Assembly: GCA_016198165.1 (NCBI GenBank) | Contig: JACQJF010000039.1 | Coordinates: 1-46,041 of the forward strand | Origin: Candidatus Iainarchaeum sp. | GTDB taxonomy: Archaea; Iainarchaeota; Iainarchaeia; Iainarchaeales; GW2011-AR10 | Direction: 5' to 3' | Length of the DNA: 46,041 nucleotides | Shown: positions 33,138-40,718 of the stretch, in pieces | Position numbering within the stretch: the first letter of the stretch is position 1 | Layout of the letters: every line of letters begins with the position of its first letter | Translations under genes and position numbers: made by a program | Notes under the pieces: model-generated | What the model was told of the DNA's origin: nothing | Database searches by the model: none | Seen by the model: only the letters and a program-made list of their open reading frames with translations

Positions 33138-34508
33138 TTAGCCGCTCCAGGTAATCTTGCAGCAGACCGCGTAAACAACTCCTGACCCCAGGTTTTGCAA
33201 TTCTCCCGCCCATCTGTTATTCGGCATATCTGGGTAACTGTCGCGCAGAATGCCTGCGTCTGAGTTAACTCCCCCGCCTGTGACCTTGTATCCAGTTCCT
33301 AGAGTGTCACAGTCTGCATATCCCTGACTTCCATTGTTGATGCTTGTTTGTACTGATGAGCAACTCAGTCCTGCTGTTGAGCAACCCCACTCGCCAGTTG
33401 CTTGTTTTCTTAGTACCTGGTCGTTACTGCATACTTCTGAATTTGGCACTATGTCTCCGTCAAACTGTAAGCCCCCTGTTTTCACGAAGGAACTGGCATA
33501 GAGTTGCGTGCATGTACCATCTATCGTGCAGTTTTTCCAAATAGAACTTATAGGATATTTACGCATGCCAACCCCAGTGGCAAGAGCAACTTGGTCACTT
33601 TGGCTCGGCGTGCCGCCCTGAGTTAACTTGCTGACGTCCAAATACAAATTTACCGCGCCTTCATCATCGCCTCCCGTAAGACCACTTAAATCGGAAGTGT
33701 TAACGGCAGTAATATCGCCGCCCCCGCCGCCGCCAGGAATTGTGCATGTTGTGTTGGGGTTACTATCTATGCAAGTCACACCATCGCCCGTGAATCTTAG
33801 AATTGCACGCTTTGTGAGTTGTAGGCTCTCATCTTGGATTCGGTCGTAACCTACTCCATCCCCTGTGGCGTTTACCAGAAAATCAATTGTGTCAGTTGAA
33901 GAGTTTCCTGTTATTGTGAGACTGCCATCTACTGAAGTCAGGTTCAGCGTGTCGCTTGAAGAATCAGCCTGTGGGTCTGAACCGCTTGGCGTGTCGATTG
34001 TCACAAAGCTGTTCCCGCCCCCGCCGCCGACGTCATCGGGTTCGCAGGCATCAACTCGGCCTGTGTTTAAGTTTAGTACTCTTATGGATGAGCCTTCTGC
34101 ACAGGAGTAGACTCCTCCACCTCCGCCGCTGTTGTCGTTTGCGCAGATCCATGCGCCGCCAGTGAATTTGAGAATTTGGTCATCGCCACAGTTTGAAATA
34201 AGCGAAAGTGTCACGTCCCCCTCATCTTTACCTCCCTCAAGACCGCTTCCTCCAGGGGTTCTAACTGCCGTGATGTCTCCTAACCCGCCGCCCTCGCCAC
34301 CGAAAAAGCCTTCATCTATTGCTTTCTGGAGTGTCATTTTTTCCCCATCGCTGTCTGGCACTTTTACATCTAATTCGTCCGCAGAGTGCCCGAAACTTTC
34401 TGGGTCTCCAGTTAAACCAGTAAAATCCCTGTTATATGCTCCAGTGAAACTGATAAACGAAACCACTGCAAGAAAAAATGCTATTCCAATCAAAACGACT
34501 TTGTTCAT
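33138..34508 (-). CDS. secreted/anchored fibre-like surface protein, paralog Y2
   Basis: N-terminal anchor MNKVVLIGIAFFLAVVSFISF. It shares blocks with Y1 (LSLISNCGDDQILKFTGGAWICAND, NSFVTIDTPSGSDPQADSSSDTLNL), Gly5-6 runs and Cys pairs. Confidence 0.7.
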   Translation of the reverse strand: MNKVVLIGIAFFLAVVSFISFTGAYNRDFTGLTGDPESFGHSADELDVKVPDSDGEKMTLQKAIDEGFFGGEGGGLGDITAVRTPGGSGLEGGKDEGDVTLSLISNCGDDQILKFTGGAWICANDNSGGGGGVYSCAEGSSIRVLNLNTGRVDACEPDDVGGGGGNSFVTIDTPSGSDPQADSSSDTLNLTSVDGSLTITGNSSTDTIDFLVNATGDGVGYDRIQDESLQLTKRAILRFTGDGVTCIDSNPNTTCTIPGGGGGGDITAVNTSDLSGLTGGDDEGAVNLYLDVSKLTQGGTPSQSDQVALATGVGMRKYPISSIWKNCTIDGTCTQLYASSFVKTGGLQFDGDIVPNSEVCSNDQVLRKQATGEWGCSTAGLSCSSVQTSINNGSQGYADCDTLGTGYKVTGGGVNSDAGILRDSYPDMPNNRWAGELQNLGSGVVYAVCCKITWSG

Positions 34509-34640
34509 TCAAAACCACCCTTTTTTTTCTCCATTAACTTTTGTTCTTTTCTTTAATTTAAGCTTTTCTCGGGGTTCTGGGCCTATTATGAAGAGCACGC
34601 CAAGCGTGATAATTACGAAACAGGTCAAGGTGACGCCTTG
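34509..34640 (-). pseudogene. relic of the C-terminal TM anchor of a second copy of gene X
   Basis: The minus-strand frame reads QGVTLTCFVIITLGVLFIIGPEPREKLKLKKRTKVNGEKKGWF*. That is homologous to the X C-terminus ...LIVLIAFGVLFIIGGNAKKKLKLEKKQKLVEEKKRSGFE*. There is no start codon and an in-frame TGA lies upstream. Confidence 0.55.
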
Positions 34641-34673
34641 TCAACGGCCTGACTCGTCAAAAGAGCTATAATT

Positions 34674-36065
34674 CTATAGAATACAAATTACCGCGCACGA
34701 AGCGTTTTGAATGGTGATTGTCCAATTGGTTGGAGTGTCACCAGGCGTTCCATTAAGATCGCAAGCTGGCTTGGCAATTCCGCTTGCTTCATTTACTGTT
34801 TTTAAGAAACAGACCCGGGCATCAAAACCAAGATCAAATGTGTCAGAAAAGCCTGTGTGTGTTTTGGTATACGTGCCATAACTTAAATCCAATTTAACGG
34901 TGGTAACCGCGTAGTTTTCGATTTTTCCAGTAGTAATCGCGCCGTCACCAATATCATCCTTGGTAATCGTATTATTAAAGATTTTAATACTGGTAACCGC
35001 GCCAGAATCAATATTCCACGTGCTACCACTGTTTGAAACAGTAATATCTCCCTTATCGCCGTCGGTCACGCCGCCTGGCATGTCCACGCAGTCCCAGTCG
35101 TCATCTCCATCTTTTTGGAGTATTTGCTCATCAGTACACTCTGTTCCATCCGGTTTTATTTCCCCGTGAAACGTAAAATCTGATGGAATGACGTTATTTC
35201 CAACTTGAAAGTTTTCTGTGGTGTATATTAAGTCGCCATTTAAGTTTTCAAATTTTGTAGTATCAACCTTGGTACTGGCGAACAAGTTTGTGCAATTTCC
35301 AGGACTTGTGCAGTCCGGCCCCCCGTCATCCGTTTCACAGGTCACGGTTCCATCCTGGTTGATTACCCTTATCGAGTTGCCTGCAGCACAGTTTCCCGTT
35401 ACCCTTTGCTGTGTTGCAGTGGGGTTAAGGCTGAAAGTTATCTGGTCACTTGCAGAGTCTCCGGTAATTGTCAGACCGTTTGTTATTCCTGCGACAATCA
35501 GTTTCAGCGTGTCGCTTGAAGAATCAGCCACTGGGTCTGAACCGCTTGGCGTGTCGATTGTCACAAAGCTGTTTCCGCCCCCGCCGCCGCCAGTGTCATC
35601 TGGTTCGCAGTATTGTACTCGGCCGTCTTTAATGTGTCCGATTGAAGAGCCAGGTGCGCAGTAATACTCATTGTTTCCTCCTCCTCCTTGCTCGTCGTCG
35701 GCACAAATCCATGCGCTGCCATTGAATTTGAGAATTTGGTTAAGGTTACAACCAGAAATAAGGGAAATTTTGCCTGTGCCTGTTATTGGGTTTGGCTCAA
35801 GCCAAACTCCGCCCAAAGGGCCTTCTTCAATTTCAGTGACGGTTCCGCTCCCTTCGAAGTCACCTTCGTTAATCGCTTGCTGAAGCGTCTTGAGGGTGTT
35901 ATTTATAAAAATGTTTGTTTCGTCCCCAGAATGCCCCATTATTTCTTTTGTCTTAGTTGTATCTTGTAAGTTATCTGGAAAATCCGGGTTATACGCGTTT
36001 GTAAAGCTGACAAAAGAAACCGCTGCAATCAAAAAAACTATTCCAATCAAAACGACCTTGTTCAT
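34674..36065 (-). CDS. secreted/anchored fibre-like surface protein, paralog Y1
   Basis: N-terminal anchor MNKVVLIGIVFLIAAVSFVSF, ISLISGCNLNQILKFNGSAWICADD, QRVTGNCAAGNSIRVINQDGTVTCETDD, and tail-fibre-like ITKDDIGDGAITTGKIENYAVTTVKL. Its ATG overlaps the stop of gene X (ATGA). Confidence 0.7.
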   Translation of the reverse strand: MNKVVLIGIVFLIAAVSFVSFTNAYNPDFPDNLQDTTKTKEIMGHSGDETNIFINNTLKTLQQAINEGDFEGSGTVTEIEEGPLGGVWLEPNPITGTGKISLISGCNLNQILKFNGSAWICADDEQGGGGNNEYYCAPGSSIGHIKDGRVQYCEPDDTGGGGGGNSFVTIDTPSGSDPVADSSSDTLKLIVAGITNGLTITGDSASDQITFSLNPTATQQRVTGNCAAGNSIRVINQDGTVTCETDDGGPDCTSPGNCTNLFASTKVDTTKFENLNGDLIYTTENFQVGNNVIPSDFTFHGEIKPDGTECTDEQILQKDGDDDWDCVDMPGGVTDGDKGDITVSNSGSTWNIDSGAVTSIKIFNNTITKDDIGDGAITTGKIENYAVTTVKLDLSYGTYTKTHTGFSDTFDLGFDARVCFLKTVNEASGIAKPACDLNGTPGDTPTNWTITIQNASCAVICIL

Positions 36066-37174
36066 TCAAAACCACTCCTTTTTTTTTCCTCCACTAATTT
36101 TTGTTTTTTCTCTAATTTAAGCTTTTTCTTGGCATTCCCCCCGATTATGAAAAGGACTCCAAAGGCAATCAGCACGATAAGCAATGGGCTTGTTTCGGGA
36201 ATAGTGGTCCCGGTAGTGCCCAAGAGAATTGTTATATATGCTATGTCGTGGTTGTTTTCCGGTACCGGGTCACTTGGGTAATTTGCAACGGCTTCCAAAA
36301 TATAGGAATCCGACTGGACGTTTTCCGGGATTGAAAGCTCCACATTGAGAATGTTTTGCCCTGGGTCAAGCACGGCGTTTTCTATCGTTCCTTTGATTTC
36401 TGGTTCTGTGTCCTTTACATAGTACTCAATTCTTGCCATGCCTGGAACAGTTATTTGCTCGCCGGTAAAATTGGTGACAGCCAATTCGAGGTAAATTGTT
36501 CCGGGCGTGTAAAAAGTGGTTGTTTCCCTCCTGTCCGGTTCTCCCGGCGGGCCGTTAAATGCTTTAAGGGAAAGTTTCAGCATGTCCTCCTCTATTTCGG
36601 TTTCGTCAGTGCAGTACACTTTCAGAAAACCAGGTTCAGTTGGTGTCCGGCCGCACGCGTAGACATGCGCATTGTTTTCAGAAGAGAGGCCAAAGACACA
36701 CTCGCTTGCAGAAAAATTGCCAGGAGGCGTGTCAGAGGATTGGTGTGCTTCGCAGCGGATTTCGCCTGTGGAGTTCATGCACAATGGATAGTCATAGTTT
36801 TCGCCCCACTTAAAAGTGTTGTCATTGTCTATTGGAAACTCTGCGTGCGCGTTTGACTCGTCGGACAAGGCAGTGTATGTCGATTCAGGCTGGCCAATGC
36901 AGGCATAGTCAAGCACCTTGTCCCCGTCTAAATCGTCGAGCGTGGTTTTGGTTGCCCTGCAGCACACGCCTATGTCATAAATCGGGTCGGGGCCGCTGTA
37001 GTCCGGCATTTGGGCATGGGTGTTTAAGGTGTCATACATGCGGAGCACTAAAAGCGAGCCAGGCAAGGCATCGTCACAGCTCTGGCCAGGGTCCGTAGTC
37101 CTGCATTCAAGGAGCGCGCTTGCATTAATGGATAGGTAAATTGCCAGGAGCAGGAAGAATGCCTGTTTTTTCAT
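36062..37174 (-). CDS. surface protein X: signal peptide, Cys-containing domain with three N(T/A)HA motifs, CARDB-like domain, C-terminal TM + Lys-rich tail
   Basis: Start taken at MKKQAFFLLLAIYLSINASA (ATG 37174). Motifs LNTHAQMP, ESNAHAEFP and ENNAHVYAC are present. A CARDB-like segment is ELAVTNFTGEQ...VPENNHDIAYITIL, and the anchor is LLIVLIAFGVLFIIGG + KKKLKLEKK. Confidence 0.7.
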   Translation of the reverse strand: MKKQAFFLLLAIYLSINASALLECRTTDPGQSCDDALPGSLLVLRMYDTLNTHAQMPDYSGPDPIYDIGVCCRATKTTLDDLDGDKVLDYACIGQPESTYTALSDESNAHAEFPIDNDNTFKWGENYDYPLCMNSTGEIRCEAHQSSDTPPGNFSASECVFGLSSENNAHVYACGRTPTEPGFLKVYCTDETEIEEDMLKLSLKAFNGPPGEPDRRETTTFYTPGTIYLELAVTNFTGEQITVPGMARIEYYVKDTEPEIKGTIENAVLDPGQNILNVELSIPENVQSDSYILEAVANYPSDPVPENNHDIAYITILLGTTGTTIPETSPLLIVLIAFGVLFIIGGNAKKKLKLEKKQKLVEEKKRSGFE

Positions 37175-37294
37175 CGTTATTATTAGTGTTTTTTGTTTTA
37201 AAAAACCCACTGGAGGCCTTATTTTTTAAAGGCTTTGAGGCAAAAAATTTTTCTTGAGCCAAAAGTCAACAACATGCCTTTTGCACGAGTTTTT

Positions 37295-37383
37295 GGGCCC
37301 GTAGCTTAGCCTGGTGGAGCATCCGACTGATAATGTTTAGAGCGGTGATCGGAAGGTCCTCTGTTCAAATCAGAGCGGGCCCA
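37295..37383 (+). tRNA. tRNA-Ile (anticodon GAT) with a 15-nt intron at the canonical 37/38 position
   Basis: Hand fold: acceptor GGGCCCG/CGGGCCC, D stem GCTT/GAGC, anticodon stem TCCGA/TCGGA, loop CTGATA[intron ATGTTTAGAGCGGTG]A, variable AGGTC, T arm CTCTG-TTCAAAT-CAGAG, discriminator A. No CCA is encoded. Confidence 0.85.
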
Positions 37384-37431
37384 CTTTCTTTTTACACCAA
37401 GTTTTACACTTGGGTTTTTGGGATCCCTTGC

Positions 37432-37524
37432 TATAGCAGGCGACATTAATTTTTGAACACTTATTGTCGCCTGATAGATAGCAAATGACCTTATTTTGTT
37501 CAAACGTTTTTGTCATTTGCTATA
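37432..37524. repeat. double-hairpin repeat, diverged copy C (93 nt)
   Basis: It has the same architecture as copies A and B. Hairpin 1 is caggcgaca/tgtcgcctg (9 bp, loop with TTTGAAC). Hairpin 2 is atagcaaatgac/gtcatttgctat (12 bp, loop with GTTCAAA). The ends are tatagca...tgctata. It lies 48 nt after the tRNA, between convergent gene ends. Confidence 0.8.
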
Positions 37525-37563
37525 TTTTGTTTTTTTTGAAGCCTTTGAATAAGTCTTTTTGGT

Positions 37564-38349
37564 TCAGTATTCTTTTTTCACTAAAAACCGGTCCCGGATT
37601 TTCAGGCTTATAAAGTCAATTGCAAGGACAGCCAAAAAAACCACTAAGAGGAGCGAAAAAACCTTGTCGTATTCGAGAAATCTCAGGTAAGCGCTGATGT
37701 AAAAGCCGATTCCACCGGCGCCCACAAAACCGATTATTGTTGATGCCCGTACGTTGTATTCGAACATGAATAAAAGCTGGCTTAAAAGGCTGTTTGCGGC
37801 TTCCGGAATGACTACAAAGCGGACAAGCTGGAGCTTTTTTGCTCCCACGGCATGGATTGCTTCAAGCACGTCGGGATTTATCCCCTCGATTGCCTCGTAC
37901 TGGAGCTTTGCAAGGTACCCGACAGTGTAAAACGCTATTGCAAGAACCCCTGCAAAATTCCCGAAACCCACGACTATGACGAAAATTATCGCCCACAAGA
38001 GGGACGGGATTGTCCTTACCGCGGCAAGAAAAAAACGGGTGACGGTAAACACCTGTTTGGGGGAAAGGTTTCGTGCGCTTAACACTGCCAGGGGAAAAGA
38101 GACAATCGCCCCAAAAACCGTTCCGACAAAGGCTATCTGGATTGTCTCAACCAATGAAATTAACCCCACTTCCATGACACTTGTATCCGGCGGGATGGAA
38201 TCAGAAACGAGGATAACCAGGTTTGGAAAGCCTTCAATCAACCTGAAAACATTGATTCCAAGAGAGTTAACCGAGTATGCAAAAAAAACAATTGCAAATA
38301 AAAAAAACAAAAAATGAATATTTTTTTCTTTTAACAAGGGAGGGTTCAT
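37564..38349 (-). CDS. phnE: phosphonate ABC transporter permease
   Basis: 261 aa and about 6 TM. It has the PhnE-type EAIEGINPDVLEAIHAVGAKKLQLVRFVVIPEA loop and is last in the D-C-E gene order. Confidence 0.85.
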   Translation of the reverse strand: MNPPLLKEKNIHFLFFLFAIVFFAYSVNSLGINVFRLIEGFPNLVILVSDSIPPDTSVMEVGLISLVETIQIAFVGTVFGAIVSFPLAVLSARNLSPKQVFTVTRFFLAAVRTIPSLLWAIIFVIVVGFGNFAGVLAIAFYTVGYLAKLQYEAIEGINPDVLEAIHAVGAKKLQLVRFVVIPEAANSLLSQLLFMFEYNVRASTIIGFVGAGGIGFYISAYLRFLEYDKVFSLLLVVFLAVLAIDFISLKIRDRFLVKKEY

Positions 38350-38378
38350 TTGAATCTTTTTGAAAAAAGTGTGTACTC

Positions 38379-39059
38379 TTAATTTTTTCTTTCCAATAAA
38401 GTGACTTTGTCAGAAAACTTTTTAACGTATTCCTTGTGGTGGTCGACAATAATCAGCGTCAACCCGTATTGTTTTTTCATTTTTTCAAGGAGTTTCATTA
38501 TATGTTTTACGTTTTCATAGTCGAGGTCTGAAACGAATTCGTCGGCAAGAAGTATTTTCGGGTTCTGCATTAAAGCCCTTGCAATTGCCACCCTTCTTTT
38601 TTCACCGCCGCTTAAAAGCCCTGTTTTCTTGTTTAAAACGTGTTCAATTCCAAGGGATTTTGCAATTTCCGCTGCGTTTGTTTTTTCTTTTTCCGGAAAG
38701 CCTGTCAGTGTGTCGGTGAACTTTATCCTGTTAAGGCAGCCAAGCAGGATGTTTTGGATTGCCGGGCTGTTTTCCACGAGGCCCAGGTTTTGTGGAATGT
38801 AGGCAATTGTTTTCCTCGCTCTCTCAACGTCTTTTTTGTTTTCAAGGTTTTTTTCAAAAACGGTTACTTTTCCTTTTTTTGCTTTAATTATCCCGCCCAT
38901 TATTTTCAGCAAAGTGGTTTTTCCCGCACCGCTTTGGCCGACTATTATATGCGTGCTTCCTTTTGCAATGTCAAGGCTGAAATCGTCAAGGATGTTTTTT
39001 TCGCTGCCATAGCAAAATGATATTTTGTCCACCGAGACCGCGTTCATTTTTTTTTTCAC
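38379..39059 (-). CDS. phnC: phosphonate ABC transporter ATP-binding protein
   Basis: Walker A GQSGAGKTT, signature LSGGEKRRVAIARAL, Walker B ILLADEF. Confidence 0.85.
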   Translation of the reverse strand: MKKKMNAVSVDKISFCYGSEKNILDDFSLDIAKGSTHIIVGQSGAGKTTLLKIMGGIIKAKKGKVTVFEKNLENKKDVERARKTIAYIPQNLGLVENSPAIQNILLGCLNRIKFTDTLTGFPEKEKTNAAEIAKSLGIEHVLNKKTGLLSGGEKRRVAIARALMQNPKILLADEFVSDLDYENVKHIMKLLEKMKKQYGLTLIIVDHHKEYVKKFSDKVTLLERKN

Positions 39060-39105
39060 CCGGTTATTTTATAGTTTGCCATCATTCCTGCAGTAATGTG
39101 GTCTG

Positions 39106-40083
39106 TCACGTGGCAGTGTAAATTATTGTCCCCCTGGATTCCGGCTCCTTGTCTTTGTCAAGAATTGCATCCTGTGCGCCTGTCAAGGCGTCAATTTTTT
39201 TACCCAAGTCCCCAAGGTGCTCTTGTGTAGTGGTTTTCACCAATCCGTCGACGCCGTAAATGTCTTTTAGCAATTGCACGTTTTCCGGGTTGTTTAGTTC
39301 AAGCATTGCGTTTACAAACTTTTCCCTCATCTCCTGGCTGACGTGCTTTCCCACAAGGACTGGGTGTGATGGGACTCTTCCAAGGTCTTCAAGCACCCTT
39401 ATTTTGCCTTGCTGTTCTTCTGAAAGGAATTGTTGCGGGGAATCGTCTGCTCCTCCGGCCACGTCGACTTTTCCGTCAGCTAATAATTCAAGTGATTGTT
39501 TGTAGCCGCCTGAAACACTGTAGGCTTCAAACGCTTGTGCGATTCCTTTTTCAAGGCCCGCAAAATCATCCCCCAAAGGCGTGATTATTCCGCGTTTCAC
39601 CATTTCGCCGACCGGCATTACAAAACCGCTTGAACCGGTCCAACTGGTAAAAGCGATTTTTTTGCCGGAAACTTCTTCCAAAGAATCAATGTCAGAATCG
39701 CTTCTGACAAAAACAACTGCATTGTAATAAGTCCTGCCATCCGCTCTCTTTTCGGCAAGAACTACTTCTGCACCGGCTTTTTTGTAGGCAATCCAACCTG
39801 GTCCGCCGTCAGCGTATATGGCGTCAAGCTGTTCAAACCTCAGGCCTTCAATCAGGGGCTCATAAGAAGTAGGCACAACCGCCTTGACCGGCACGCCCAT
39901 TTTTTGGCTTAAAAACTCTGCAATCTTTTCGGCCTTTGGGGAAACCTCGCTTGCTTTTTCAGACGGGATGAAACCAATCCTGAATTCTTTTGCTTCACTT
40001 GTTTGTCCGGACAGATTTTGAATGCAGCCAAAAACAAGGAATGCCGCAATTAAAAAGAAAAAAATAGTTGGAAATGCCTTCAT
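39106..40083 (-). CDS. phnD: phosphonate/phosphite-family substrate-binding lipoprotein
   Basis: Signal plus VFGC lipobox. The PhnD-like core is FRIGFIPSEKA...YEPLIEGLRFEQLDAIYADG...YYNAVVFVRSDS...KKIAFTSWTGSSGF. Confidence 0.8.
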   Translation of the reverse strand: MKAFPTIFFFLIAAFLVFGCIQNLSGQTSEAKEFRIGFIPSEKASEVSPKAEKIAEFLSQKMGVPVKAVVPTSYEPLIEGLRFEQLDAIYADGGPGWIAYKKAGAEVVLAEKRADGRTYYNAVVFVRSDSDIDSLEEVSGKKIAFTSWTGSSGFVMPVGEMVKRGIITPLGDDFAGLEKGIAQAFEAYSVSGGYKQSLELLADGKVDVAGGADDSPQQFLSEEQQGKIRVLEDLGRVPSHPVLVGKHVSQEMREKFVNAMLELNNPENVQLLKDIYGVDGLVKTTTQEHLGDLGKKIDALTGAQDAILDKDKEPESRGTIIYTAT

Positions 40084-40107
40084 TAAAAAAACCCCCCCAA
40101 AATGTTT

Positions 40108-40141
40108 TTAGCTTGCACTAACAATTATTAGGCGCACCTAA
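40108..40141. promoter_or_regulatory. two adjacent TTAG(C/G)-N4-(A/C)CTAA palindromes, candidate DtxR-family operator
   Basis: TTAGCTTGCACTAA (40108-40121) and TTAGGCGCACCTAA (40128-40141) lie 20 nt apart in the divergent phnD / DtxR-like intergenic region. The half-sites TTAGG/CCTAA match the outer arms of the classical DtxR box. Confidence 0.3.
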
Positions 40142-40238
40142 GTTGCTGTGTTGCGTATGGTTTAAAAACCCGTGCGTGAAGCCGAGTTCACGCGTGTAAT
40201 TGTTTATATATTTGCTTTTATGCCTTATATTAGTGCCT

Positions 40239-40670
40239 ATGCCTGGGGAAAAGTGCAGTGTTCTTTTGGAGAAAAGCTCTGAGAACGAGGAAATGTACCT
40301 CAAGGCCGTGTGGCTTGTCGAGGAAGAGGGGAAAAACCCGGTTCATGCAGTGGAGGTTGCGCGCATGCTTTCGGTTTCCCTGCCGTCTGTTGTGGGCATG
40401 TTTCGGAAACTGGAGAAAAAGAACCTCCTCAGGTATGATGGCAGGAGCGGCGTTTCCCTCATGCCTGTAGGCCGTGAAATGGCCGAGAAAATCGTGCGGA
40501 ACCTGCGCCTCACGGAGGTGTGGTTTCGCGACGTGCTGAAAATCGACTATAACTCGACTGACCCCTGCCGCTTTGAGCATGTCATGACTGACGCTGTTGC
40601 AAAGTCCCTTTCGCGCGTCTTGGGCTATCCCAAAACCTGCCCTCATGGGAAAAAAATTCCAAAAGCATGA
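40239..40670 (+). CDS. DtxR/MntR-family metal-dependent repressor
   Basis: Start at ATG 40239 (MPGEKCSV...). The segment EEMYLKAVWLVEEEGKNPVHAVEVARMLSVSLPSVVGMFRKLEKKNLL... plus the dimerisation/metal-site region (RLTEVWFRDVL, FEHVM) is typical. A TATA-like tttatatattt lies about 30 nt upstream. Confidence 0.8.
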   Translation: MPGEKCSVLLEKSSENEEMYLKAVWLVEEEGKNPVHAVEVARMLSVSLPSVVGMFRKLEKKNLLRYDGRSGVSLMPVGREMAEKIVRNLRLTEVWFRDVLKIDYNSTDPCRFEHVMTDAVAKSLSRVLGYPKTCPHGKKIPKA

Positions 40671-40718
40671 TTGTTTTGGGGATAATCACTTGCTGACTTT
40701 AATGGAAGAGCTGTGCAA

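Noticed and set aside
33943-34029. Y1/Y2 near-identical block as a diversity-generating retroelement TR/VR pair
   Set aside because: No reverse transcriptase gene is in the window. Both copies are inside coding regions, and the three mismatches are not adenine-specific.
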